Source of the DNA: Gemmatimonas sp.
GTDB lineage: Bacteria; Gemmatimonadota; Gemmatimonadetes; Gemmatimonadales; Gemmatimonadaceae
DNA: 64,000 nt
Assembly: GCA_039809645.1 (NCBI GenBank)
Contig: JBDHVK010000001.1
Span: 32,802 to 96,801 of the forward strand
Direction of reading: 5' to 3'
Under the pieces are notes generated by a model that was not told the origin of the DNA, made no database searches, and saw nothing but the letters and a program-made list of their open reading frames with translations. The position numbers and the translations under genes are program-made. Shown here in pieces: positions 28,684-37,787 of this stretch; position 1 is the first letter of the stretch; each line of letters starts with the position of its first letter.

Positions 28684-30030
28684 CTACTTGAGCAGCATCA
28701 CCAGTTCGAAGCGCGCGTCGGCCAGACCCTCCGGCACGTAGACGGCGAGGTTGCGCGCCAGAACGATCGCCTCCCACGCCGCGCCCGTTTTGGCCACCGC
28801 GAAGTACTGAAAGTCGAGCTGCACCGGCACGGCACCGGGCGGCGACGCGACATGCGTAAGCTCCATGCCGGGCAGTGCCTGCCGCACCAGCGTCTCCACC
28901 ACGTCGGCTGCGCCAACCTTGCACCCCTGCAGCACGCGCGCGATAAGGTCGTGCTGACGACCGGCCCCCGAGACGGCGAGGAACCACTGTGGCGCGTCCA
29001 GCCATGTCGGCTGCTCGATGGCCACCGCATGCAGCGTCGGCCGCACCACCTTGAGTGGCAGCGAGACGACCGTATCCACGATCGCGCCATCGAGCAGCTG
29101 GTACAGCAGTCGTTCGAGATCGGCGAAGCACTCACCGAGGCGCAGATGATCGTAGGTGGGCATCACACGCGCTTCGAGGCTCGTGCTGAACGAGCCGAGC
29201 GCCCCCACCAGCTGCAGCATGGCTTCCCACAGTGCCGACGGATGGCCCTGTCGCGTTTCGGCGAGGTGACGCAGGCCGGGGAAGTGCGTGTTGACGGTGT
29301 AGAGCAGCCAGAACGCGCCCACGTCGGCCACCGAGAAGTCGGTGAGACCGAGATTCCGCTGGCGCCGGCTGCCGGACAGCGCCGCCGCACGTGCGGCCAG
29401 CCGCTCGACGAGCCGACGGGCCATCTGCTGCAGGGCGTCGCTCACGGCAAAGTTCACGACCGGGGGAACGAACGTGTGGTCGAACGCGTAGGCGCCGAGT
29501 GCTGTGCGCTGCAGCCGGGCCACGGGCAGCGTGGTGTAACCATCGCTGTTCTCGCCCTCGAGCAGGATCTTGAGGCTCGGTGGCGCGACCTGAATGGGTC
29601 GTTCGGCGAGCCCTGTCGTCTCATCGCGGACCAGTTGCTCGTCGATCTGCCATCGCGCCGCCGCGGGCTCGCCAGGTCGCGTGATGTTGCGGGCGCCGGG
29701 CCGATACTCGGGGATGGCGAGATACGCCATCACGGAGCGCTGGTCGGCACCGAAGGCATCGGCAATCAGCTTGGGCGCTGGGGTGGGGCCCGCCGCCGGC
29801 GCATCGAACAGCAGACCATCGGGAAAGCGGCCACTCGCGCTGTTGATTACGAGCGTGCCCGCTTCCAATGCCGCATGATCGAAGGTCAGCTCGGCGAAGC
29901 CCCACGGACAGAAGAGCAACGCGCCGATCTGAAAGGCGAGGGTGTCCTCGTGATGGCGGTCCTGCGCCTGCAGATGCTGCGGCGTGAGGAGTACGCCCTT
30001 GGTCCAGAGCACGGGTTGGAGTTGGCGCAT
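28684..30030 (-). CDS. tssK: Type VI secretion baseplate subunit TssK (paralog 2, divergent)
   Basis: N-terminal VLWTKGVLLTPQHLQAQDRH signature, 448 aa, with a C-terminal LAVYVPEGL...FELVMLL. Clearly homologous to paralog 1 but strongly diverged. Confidence 0.85.
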   Translation of the reverse strand: MRQLQPVLWTKGVLLTPQHLQAQDRHHEDTLAFQIGALLFCPWGFAELTFDHAALEAGTLVINSASGRFPDGLLFDAPAAGPTPAPKLIADAFGADQRSVMAYLAIPEYRPGARNITRPGEPAAARWQIDEQLVRDETTGLAERPIQVAPPSLKILLEGENSDGYTTLPVARLQRTALGAYAFDHTFVPPVVNFAVSDALQQMARRLVERLAARAAALSGSRRQRNLGLTDFSVADVGAFWLLYTVNTHFPGLRHLAETRQGHPSALWEAMLQLVGALGSFSTSLEARVMPTYDHLRLGECFADLERLLYQLLDGAIVDTVVSLPLKVVRPTLHAVAIEQPTWLDAPQWFLAVSGAGRQHDLIARVLQGCKVGAADVVETLVRQALPGMELTHVASPPGAVPVQLDFQYFAVAKTGAAWEAIVLARNLAVYVPEGLADARFELVMLLK

Positions 30031-30060
30031 GGCGATAACCTATCGCCGCACCGACGGAGT

Positions 30061-30163
30061 TGTCATGCGCACGCGGTGCCGACGGGGCCATGACATGATT
30101 TGCCGGCCTTTTGCGCGTTACGGGGTGAGGGGCAGGGTCTGGCTCCTCCGCTCTCCTCACCCC
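30061..30163. promoter_or_regulatory. Two inverted repeats in the divergent tssK2 / tssB intergenic region
   Basis: TGTCATG (30061-67) pairs with CATGACA (30089-95). GGGGTGAGG (30122-30) pairs with CCTCACCCC (30155-63), just upstream of the tssB ATG at 30191. Confidence 0.25.
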
Positions 30164-30190
30164 TACGCGTCCCGAGCCGGAGTCGCCCGC

Positions 30191-30697
30191 ATGGCCGAAA
30201 GCACGCAGAAGAAACTCGAACGGATCCGCCCCCCTCGCATTCAGATCTCGTACGAAGTCGAGACCGGCGGGGCCATCGAAATGAAGGAACTGCCGTTCCT
30301 CATGGGCGTGCTGGGCGACTTCAGCGGCAAGCAGGTCGAGTCGCTACCGCGCCTGAAGGATCGCAAGTTCATCGAGCTGTCGCCGGAAAACTTCGACGAG
30401 ACGTTGGCCAGCATGAAGCCGCGCCTGCAGTTCCACGTCGAAAACAAGCTCAGTGACGACGGCAATGCCGGCAAGCTGAATGTGGAACTGAATTTCCGGA
30501 GCATGGACGACTTCTCTCCCGACGCCGTCGCGCGCCAGGTCGGGCCGTTGCGCGAACTGCTCGAGTTGCGGACGGAGCTCGCCAATCTGCGGGCCAACCT
30601 GCAGACCAACGAGAAGCTGGACGACGTGCTGCAACAGACGCTGGGCGACAAGGAGAAGATGGCGAAGCTGAAGGAAGAACTCGGACTGGAGAGCTGA
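30191..30697 (+). CDS. tssB: Type VI secretion sheath small subunit TssB (VipA)
   Basis: Start at ATG 30191. Hallmark RIQISYEVETGGAIEMKELPFLMGVLGDFSG. Confidence 0.95.
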   Translation: MAESTQKKLERIRPPRIQISYEVETGGAIEMKELPFLMGVLGDFSGKQVESLPRLKDRKFIELSPENFDETLASMKPRLQFHVENKLSDDGNAGKLNVELNFRSMDDFSPDAVARQVGPLRELLELRTELANLRANLQTNEKLDDVLQQTLGDKEKMAKLKEELGLES

Positions 30698-30699
30698 CG

Positions 30700-32181
30700 A
30701 TGGCCAAGGCAGAGAAGGCCGGTGCCGCCACCGCGGTCAGCACCACGGACGACCTCTCGCTGCTCGACCAGATCGTCGAGCAGGGGCGGCTGGGCAAGGA
30801 CGCCGAGTCGAAGAGCCGCGGCAAGGATCTGGTCAAGCGCTTCGTCTCCGAGGTGCTCGACGGCACGATCTCGATCAACCGCGATACGGAAACGATGATC
30901 AATGCGCGCATCGCGCAGATCGATCACCTGCTGTCGATCCAGATCAACGAAATCCTGCATCACCCGGAGTTTCAGGCGCTCGAGGCCTCGTGGCGAGGGC
31001 TCAAGTTCCTCATGAACCAGAGCGAAACGGGTCCGATGCTGAAGGTGAAGGTGCTGGACGTCTCCAAGAAGGACCTGCTGCGGGACCTGCAGCGGGCGCC
31101 CGACTTCGATCAGAGCGCGCTGTTCAAGAAGGTGTACGAGGAAGAGTACGGGGTGTTCGGCGGAACGCCGTTCGGCGCGCTCGTCGGGGACTACTTCTTC
31201 GACAAGACGGGGCAGGACATCGAGCTGCTCACCAAGGTGTCGAACGTGGCAGCGGCTGCCCACGCGCCGTTCCTCACGGCCGCGGCGCCGGAGATGCTGA
31301 ACATGGAGAGCTTCACGGAGCTCGACACGCCCCGCGATCTGGCGAAGATCTTCGACAGCACCGAGTACGGGAAGTGGAAGGTGTTCCGCAACAGCGAGGA
31401 CTCGCGCTACGTGGCGCTCACGGCACCGCGCTTCCTGCTGCGTGAGCCGTACGGCAAGGCGACGGTCCCGGTCGAGGCGTTCCACTACGAGGAGCGCGTC
31501 GACGGGACGGATCACTCCAAGTACCTCTGGGGCAATTCGGCGTATGCCCTGGCGGCGAACGTGAACCGGGCCTTCAGCACGTACGGCTGGACGGCGGCCA
31601 TTCGCGGCGTCGAAAGCGGTGGGCTCGTGGAGCAACTGCCGACCCACAGCTTCCGGACCGAGTCGGGCGAGATCGCCATGAAGTGCCCGACGGAAGTCCA
31701 GATCACCGACCGCCGCGAGAAGGAGTTGGCCGACCTTGGCTTTGCGCCGCTGGTGCATCAGAAGAACACGGCGAACGCCGCCTTCTTCTCGGTGCAGAGC
31801 GCGCAGAAGGCGAAGATGTACGATGACCCGAGTGCCAGCGCGAGCGCGCGACTATCGGCCCAGCTGCCGTACATCTTCAGCACCTCCCGCTTCGCGCACT
31901 ATCTCAAGGTGATGATGCGCGACAAGATCGGCGGCTACACGTCGCGTGGGGAAGCGGAAGCATTCCTCAACCGGTGGATCCAGAACTACGTGGCGCCCAC
32001 CAACGCGAACGCGGCCATGAAGTCCAAGCATCCGCTCGCCGAAGCCCGCATCGACGTGATGGAGGTAGCGGGCAAGCCCGGCGTGTACCGGGCCATTGCG
32101 TTCCTCAAGCCGCACTTCCAGCTCGACGAGATGAGCATCTCGATGCGGCTGGTGGCCGATCTGCCGGCCGCCGTGAAGTAG
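30700..32181 (+). CDS. tssC: Type VI secretion sheath large subunit TssC (VipB)
   Basis: 493 aa. Motifs FQALEASWRGLKFL, AAAAHAPFLTAA and LTAPRFLLREPYG. Starts 2 nt after the tssB stop. Confidence 0.95.
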   Translation: MAKAEKAGAATAVSTTDDLSLLDQIVEQGRLGKDAESKSRGKDLVKRFVSEVLDGTISINRDTETMINARIAQIDHLLSIQINEILHHPEFQALEASWRGLKFLMNQSETGPMLKVKVLDVSKKDLLRDLQRAPDFDQSALFKKVYEEEYGVFGGTPFGALVGDYFFDKTGQDIELLTKVSNVAAAAHAPFLTAAAPEMLNMESFTELDTPRDLAKIFDSTEYGKWKVFRNSEDSRYVALTAPRFLLREPYGKATVPVEAFHYEERVDGTDHSKYLWGNSAYALAANVNRAFSTYGWTAAIRGVESGGLVEQLPTHSFRTESGEIAMKCPTEVQITDRREKELADLGFAPLVHQKNTANAAFFSVQSAQKAKMYDDPSASASARLSAQLPYIFSTSRFAHYLKVMMRDKIGGYTSRGEAEAFLNRWIQNYVAPTNANAAMKSKHPLAEARIDVMEVAGKPGVYRAIAFLKPHFQLDEMSISMRLVADLPAAVK

Positions 32182-32250
32182 CGGCCGTCACGCGGGCCTG
32201 GCGCCCCCGTCACGCACCTGATCTCTCACCTCATTCTCTCGGAGTGATCC

Positions 32251-32766
32251 ATGGCTTTTGATACGTTCCTCTTCCTCACGGACATCCAGGGCGAGTCGAC
32301 CGCGGTGATTCGCGAGGACAATCTGCCCTCGCAGCATCCCTTCGAGCTGTTCAGCTGGAGCTTCGGCGCGAGCAATCCGTCCACGGTGGGGTCGGGCAAG
32401 GCGGGCCTGTCGGCGGGCAAGGTGCAGGTCAGCTCCTTCAACGTGATGAAGAAGACGGAGGATGCGAGCCCGCAGCTGTTCATGAACTGCTGCACGGGCC
32501 AGCACATTCCCAAGGCGACGATCCTGATGCGCAAGGCCACCGGCAAGGACACCAAGCAGCAGACGTTCCTGCGCTACGACTTCGACGACGTGATGGTCGA
32601 CAGCATCCAGTGGTCCGGCGCCGCCGGCGGAGACGACACGCCGATGGAGTCGATCTCCTTCGCCTTCGCCAAGGTGTCGATCACCAACTTCAAGCAGGAT
32701 CCGGCCAAGGGCGCCATGTCGAAGGGCTCCGGCGCGACGTGGGATCTCACGAAGGTCACGGCGTAG
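32251..32766 (+). CDS. hcp: Type VI secretion tube protein Hcp (TssD)
   Basis: 171 aa. MAFDTFLFLTDIQGES...FELFSWSFGASN...FNVMKKTEDASPQLF is the typical Hcp1 pattern. GGAG lies upstream. Confidence 0.93.
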   Translation: MAFDTFLFLTDIQGESTAVIREDNLPSQHPFELFSWSFGASNPSTVGSGKAGLSAGKVQVSSFNVMKKTEDASPQLFMNCCTGQHIPKATILMRKATGKDTKQQTFLRYDFDDVMVDSIQWSGAAGGDDTPMESISFAFAKVSITNFKQDPAKGAMSKGSGATWDLTKVTA

Positions 32767-32786
32767 GCGGTTCGGTGGCCTCCTCC

Positions 32787-33494
32787 ATGGCGTCCGCGGA
32801 AGCCCTCTTCGCCAGCGGGCGTCTGGAGGAGGCGATCGCGCAGCTGTCCGACGCGCTGCGCAGCCAGCCCACCGATCGCGCGCTCCGCACGTTTCTCTTC
32901 GAGCTGCTCAGCTTCGCGGGAGAGTACGAGCGCGCCGATCGGCAACTCGCGGCACTGGCCGCCGACAGCCCCACGGTCGAAGCGGCAGTCGCGACCTACC
33001 GGGCGGCGCTCCAGGCCGAGCGCGTCCGGGAGCACATGTTCGACACCGGTGATCTCCCCGCCCCCCACGCGCCGCCCGCGGTGCGTGGCTCGCTGGACGG
33101 CGTCGCCTTCACCAGCATCACCGATGGCGACGACCGACTCGGACCGCGCCTCGAAGTCATCGCGGGTGGTCGCTACCTCTGGATTCCCTTCGCCCATCTC
33201 GCGTCGATCGTGGTGCAGCCGCCCACCCGGCTCCGCGACCTGCGCTGGCTGACGGCCCGCATCACGACCAACACCACGATCAAGGATCTCGAATTGGGCG
33301 AGGTGTTGCTACCCGCGCTCACGCCCGCGTGCTGGCGAAGCCCGGACATGGAGCTGCGGCTCGGACGCGCCACCGACTGGTCTGAACAGGCGGACGGTGC
33401 GTACCGGCCGGAAGGGCAGAAGGTGCTCCGCATCGATGACCGCGACGTCCCGCTCGTCGATGTGCGGACGCTCGTCCTGTCCGCTCCCTCGTAA
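32787..33494 (+). CDS. tagJ: Type VI secretion accessory protein TagJ (ImpE family)
   Basis: N-terminal TPR-like GRLEEAIAQLSDALRSQPTDRALRTFLFELL, and a C-terminal GGRYLWIPF...LRDLRWL as in ImpE. The start is ATG 32787 or GTG 32775. Confidence 0.85.
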   Translation: MASAEALFASGRLEEAIAQLSDALRSQPTDRALRTFLFELLSFAGEYERADRQLAALAADSPTVEAAVATYRAALQAERVREHMFDTGDLPAPHAPPAVRGSLDGVAFTSITDGDDRLGPRLEVIAGGRYLWIPFAHLASIVVQPPTRLRDLRWLTARITTNTTIKDLELGEVLLPALTPACWRSPDMELRLGRATDWSEQADGAYRPEGQKVLRIDDRDVPLVDVRTLVLSAPS

Positions 33495-33541
33495 CTCCCC
33501 CCGACGCGTGCCGGCGTCTGTCCCCGTCCCGACCCCCTGAG

Positions 33542-35434
33542 ATGCCTGTCGACAGCGAACTTGTCGCGCGATTGCAGCGCCCCATTCGTGACGAGGCGCC
33601 GGCGGGCGACGATCTGCGCTACGATCCGCGCGTCGATCTGATCAGGGAGGCGCGCCGCGAAGAGCTCGATCTGCCCGGCAACAATGCCGAGGTCAAGCGC
33701 AAGCTTGCCGACTGGCCGCAGGTCATCGACCTCACCGCCACCTTGCTGGCCGAGGAGACGAAGGACCTGCAGCTGGCCGCCTGGCTCACCGAAGCGCTCC
33801 TGCATCGTGACAGCTACGCCGGACTGGCCACCGGGCTGCGGATTGTGGCCGGTTTGCTCGAGCACTTCTGGGAACCGCTGCATCCGCAACCGGAGGACGA
33901 CGAGGACGACGTGCGGGTCGGCCCGATCGAGTGGATCGGCGCGAAGTTGCCGATTCCGCTGCGCATGGCACCCTTCGGGCCCTCGCGTCTGTCGTTTCTG
34001 CAACTCGACGAAGCCCGCTCGATTCCCGGCGAACGAGAGGCCGAACAGCAGTCGGACAAGCGGGAGCAGCGCGAACAGGCAGTCGCTGACGGGAAGATCG
34101 TTCCGGAGGTGGCCACGGCGGCGCTGGACGCGCTGAACAAGGGGGCGCTCCGTGCGATTCTCGCCGATCTCGACGCCGCGCAGCAGGCCATCGGCTCGGT
34201 GGACGCGATCGCCGATCGCCGATTCGGTGCGATGGCGCCGTCGCTGCTGCCACTCCGCAATGGCATCGACGATATCAAGCGCTTCGTCGCGCCGATTCTG
34301 GCATCGCGGTTGGAGACCGATCCGGATCCCATCGTCGACACCGAGGGCGAGGAGAGCGCGACGGCGCCGACAGCGGTCGACGAAGCGGGCGGGATCACCT
34401 CGGAACCGGTGAACCGCGCCGACGCCATGCAGCGCATCGGGATCGTCGCGCGCTGGTTGCGCGCCAACGATCCGGGCAGTCCGGCGCCCTACCTGCTGCT
34501 GCGTGGCGCGCGATGGGGTGAGCTGCGCGCGAGCGCGCCTGACGTGGATCCGCGCCTGCTGGAAGCGCCGGCGACTGCGCTTCGCTCGCGTCTCAAGTCG
34601 CTCCTGCTCGACGGACGATGGGCCGATCTGCTCGAGCAGGCCGAGCAGCTGATGGCCATGCCGGCGGGACGGGGCTGGTTGGATCTGCAGCGCTATGTGC
34701 TCACGGCGTGTGGCAACCTTGGTGGCCTGTACGATCCCGTGGCCATGGCGGTGCGCAGCGAGCTGCGCGCCCTGCTGGTCGCGCTTCCCACGCTTTCCCG
34801 CATGACGCTCATGGACGACACCCCCACGGCGAACGAGGAGACGCGCGTCTGGCTCAAGGCGGAAGGGCTCGAGCCGGAACCCGAAGCCGCTGGCCAGCCC
34901 GACCCCGCCAACTCCATGGATATGCCGAGCGACGCGCCGGACGTGGTCGACGACACGGAGACTGCCACGGTGCTCGCCGAGGCGCTCGAAGACGATGCCT
35001 CAAGCGCGCAGCAGGGGGGATTCTCGCGCGCACGTCCGGTGCGTCGGGCGGGGCCGCGCCCACGCGATGCGTTCGACCTGGCGTGCGCCGAACTCGCGCA
35101 GAACAAGCCGCACGCCGCCGTCGAGCGACTGATGGCGGAGCTCGCGCGCGAACAGTCACCACGCGGACGCGTCGTACGGCAGGTCCAGATCGCGTACGTC
35201 ATGGTGGAAGCCGGGCTGGACGCGGTCGCGCAACCCATCCTGCAGCGTGTGATCGAGACGATCGACGAGCGGCAACTGGAGCAGTGGGAATCGGGACCGT
35301 TGGTCGCGCAGCCGCTGGCCCTGATGTGCCGGGTGCTGGATCGCACCGACGGAGATCTCGATCTGCGACAGCAGCTGTACCTACGGGTGTGCCGCCTCGA
35401 TCCGCTGCAGGCGCTCGCCCTGCGCCCGCGATGA
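33542..35434 (+). CDS. tssA: Type VI secretion protein TssA (ImpA N-terminal domain, long form)
   Basis: ImpA_N signature (GDDLRYDPRVDLIREARREE...WPQVIDLTATLLAEETKDLQLAAWLTEAL). 630 aa. Confidence 0.85.
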   Translation: MPVDSELVARLQRPIRDEAPAGDDLRYDPRVDLIREARREELDLPGNNAEVKRKLADWPQVIDLTATLLAEETKDLQLAAWLTEALLHRDSYAGLATGLRIVAGLLEHFWEPLHPQPEDDEDDVRVGPIEWIGAKLPIPLRMAPFGPSRLSFLQLDEARSIPGEREAEQQSDKREQREQAVADGKIVPEVATAALDALNKGALRAILADLDAAQQAIGSVDAIADRRFGAMAPSLLPLRNGIDDIKRFVAPILASRLETDPDPIVDTEGEESATAPTAVDEAGGITSEPVNRADAMQRIGIVARWLRANDPGSPAPYLLLRGARWGELRASAPDVDPRLLEAPATALRSRLKSLLLDGRWADLLEQAEQLMAMPAGRGWLDLQRYVLTACGNLGGLYDPVAMAVRSELRALLVALPTLSRMTLMDDTPTANEETRVWLKAEGLEPEPEAAGQPDPANSMDMPSDAPDVVDDTETATVLAEALEDDASSAQQGGFSRARPVRRAGPRPRDAFDLACAELAQNKPHAAVERLMAELAREQSPRGRVVRQVQIAYVMVEAGLDAVAQPILQRVIETIDERQLEQWESGPLVAQPLALMCRVLDRTDGDLDLRQQLYLRVCRLDPLQALALRPR

Positions 35435-35451
35435 CTGGACGTCGCTGATCA

Positions 35452-35943
35452 ATGGCGCGCACCGAACTCGAACGCACCGTTCAGCCGTCGCTTCTCGACC
35501 GCCTCACGGACGAGGAACCGCGGGTGCCCGCCGACCGCGCAACCACGCGCGACGCATCGGCGCGGGCGTTCCGCACGTCGGTCCAGCGTGACGTCGAGTA
35601 TCTGCTCAACACGCGCCGCACGATCGTCCAGCCCGCTGAACGCCAGGTGCAGCTCATGCGTTCGGTGCACCAGTACGGCTTGCCGGACATGACCGGACTC
35701 TCGTTCAGCTCACCGGAGGGACGCGAGCAGTTGGCGGAGGCGATCCTGGATACACTGCGCCGCTTCGAGCCGCGCCTGTCCGACGTATCGCTCACGCTCA
35801 AGGAGTCGGAGGACGGGGACACGTCACAGGTCCGCTTCGCGATTGCCGCGACGCTGCTCATGGACCCGAGTCCCGAGCAGGTGTTGTTCGACACCGTCCT
35901 GGACGTGGCGACCGGCAACTATGCGCTGGGTGACCGCTCCTGA
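35452..35943 (+). CDS. tssE: Type VI secretion baseplate subunit TssE (gp25-like)
   Basis: 163 aa. SLLDRLTDEEP...VQRDVEYLLNTRR is the typical TssE/GPW-gp25 pattern. Its stop overlaps the tssF ATG by 1 nt. Confidence 0.9.
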   Translation: MARTELERTVQPSLLDRLTDEEPRVPADRATTRDASARAFRTSVQRDVEYLLNTRRTIVQPAERQVQLMRSVHQYGLPDMTGLSFSSPEGREQLAEAILDTLRRFEPRLSDVSLTLKESEDGDTSQVRFAIAATLLMDPSPEQVLFDTVLDVATGNYALGDRS

Positions 35944-37787
35944 TGTCGAACGACCTGCTGCAGTACTATGAGCGCGAGTTGACCTATCTGCGCAAGCTCG
36001 GCGGGGAGTTTGCGCAGCGCTATCCGAAGGTGGCCGCTCGGCTGCAACTCGAGGCCGGCAAGACGGAAGATCCGCACGTTGAACGACTGCTGGAGGGCTT
36101 TGCGTTCCTCGCCGCCCGTATCCATCGGCGACTCGACGACGACTTTCCGGAGATCTCCGAGGGGTTGCTCGAGATGCTGCATCCGCAGCTTGTGCGGCCG
36201 GTGCCGTCGATGTGCATCGTGGACATGCCGCTCGATCCGACGCAGGGCCGGCTCCCCGAGGGATTCAGGGTGCGCCGCGGCAGTGTCCTGCATTCCCGGC
36301 CGGTGCAGGGCGTGCCGTGCATCTTCCGCACGGCGTACGACACCACCCTGTGGCCGCTGCGGATCACGGGCGCCGAGCTCACCTCCATCGATCGCGCCAC
36401 GCCCGGCGTTCGGCTGCGCGACGGCGTCGGAGCCATTCGGATCCAACTTCAGGCGTACGACGGTGTCAAGCTGCACGAGTTGGCGCTTGACGCACTGCGT
36501 TTGCATCTCGCCGGTGACAGCACGGTAACGGACACGCTGTACGAGCTGCTGCTCAACAACAGCGCGCAGGTTGCAGTGCGCAATCCCGAGCGTCCATCAC
36601 AGGCCCCGGTGCTGCTCGGCGGCGGCAGGATCACGCCGGTCGGCTTTTCGCCCGATGAGTTGCTGCTTCCCTATCCGACCCGGGCCTTTGCCGGATTCAG
36701 TCTGCTGCTCGAGCTGTTCACGTTTCCCGAGAAGTTTCACTTCGTGGACGTGCACGGAGTGGGAGCGGCGCTGCGCACGCTCGGGGTGACGCACCGGGCA
36801 GAGGTGACGGTGCTGCTGTCGCCGTTCGAGCGTGCCGATCGGCGGCAGGCACTCGAACTCGGAATGTCGGCAAGCACCTTCCGCCCGGCCGCGGTCCCCG
36901 CGGTGAATCTGTTCGAAGAGACCGCCGAGCCGATTCTCCTGACCGAGCGGTCGTTCGAGCATCTCGTCGTCGCCGATGCTCGTCGCCGCCTCGAGACCGA
37001 GGTGTGGGCGATCGACACGGTGAAACTGGTGGAGCAGGGCGCCGGCAAGGTTCGCGAGGTCGCGCCGCTCTACTCGCAGAAGCACGGGGCTCGGGGTGCG
37101 GAGACGCAGCTGTTCTGGCATGCGGCGCGCAAGCCGTCCACCTGGCGCACCGATCATGGCACCGAACTGCATCTGTCGTTCATGGATTTGTCGGGGACCG
37201 TGCGCGTGCCCGACGTGGATGTCGCCTCGCTGCAGGTGACGTGCTTCAACGGCGATCTCCCCAGTCGCCTCCCGTTCGGTGTCGATGAACGGGGCGACTT
37301 CGATCTGATCGGTGGCGGACCGGTCCCGAATATCCGCTGTCTGCTCGCGCCGACCAAGGCCCTGCAGCCGGCGCTCGGAAGTGCGCTGCTCTGGCGCATG
37401 ATCTCGTCGTTGTCCCTGAATCATCTGTCGCTCGCGGAGGGCGGCCCCGAGGCGCTGCAGGAGCTGCTCCGATTGCACAACGTCGGCAACACACTCAGTG
37501 CGGACCAGCGAATCGATGGCCTGGTGGGCGTCCGCGGAACACCATCCTTCGCGCGTGTGAGCAGCGAACACGGTATCGCCTTCGTGCGGGGTCGGAAGAT
37601 CGAACTCGAGTTCGACGAAGAGAAGTATCCCGGCGGCGGCCTCTATCTGTTCGCAAGCGTGATGGAACGCTTTCTCGCGCTCTACGCCTCGATGAACAGC
37701 TTCACGCAGGTATCGGTACGTTCACGGCAGCGACGCAAGCAGGTCACCGAATGGCCGCCGCGCGCCGGCTGGCGCGCCCTGCTGTGA
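35943..37787 (+). CDS. tssF: Type VI secretion baseplate subunit TssF
   Basis: 614 aa. N-terminal LLQYYERELTYLRKLGGEFAQRYPKVAARL...DPHVERLLEGFAFLAARI. Confidence 0.93.
   Translation: MSNDLLQYYERELTYLRKLGGEFAQRYPKVAARLQLEAGKTEDPHVERLLEGFAFLAARIHRRLDDDFPEISEGLLEMLHPQLVRPVPSMCIVDMPLDPTQGRLPEGFRVRRGSVLHSRPVQGVPCIFRTAYDTTLWPLRITGAELTSIDRATPGVRLRDGVGAIRIQLQAYDGVKLHELALDALRLHLAGDSTVTDTLYELLLNNSAQVAVRNPERPSQAPVLLGGGRITPVGFSPDELLLPYPTRAFAGFSLLLELFTFPEKFHFVDVHGVGAALRTLGVTHRAEVTVLLSPFERADRRQALELGMSASTFRPAAVPAVNLFEETAEPILLTERSFEHLVVADARRRLETEVWAIDTVKLVEQGAGKVREVAPLYSQKHGARGAETQLFWHAARKPSTWRTDHGTELHLSFMDLSGTVRVPDVDVASLQVTCFNGDLPSRLPFGVDERGDFDLIGGGPVPNIRCLLAPTKALQPALGSALLWRMISSLSLNHLSLAEGGPEALQELLRLHNVGNTLSADQRIDGLVGVRGTPSFARVSSEHGIAFVRGRKIELEFDEEKYPGGGLYLFASVMERFLALYASMNSFTQVSVRSRQRRKQVTEWPPRAGWRALL

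Noticed and set aside
30031-30190. Sigma-54 promoter upstream of tssB
   Set aside because: The only loosely similar stretch is GCCGGCCTTTTGCG. The GG and GC spacing does not fit the -24/-12 consensus.
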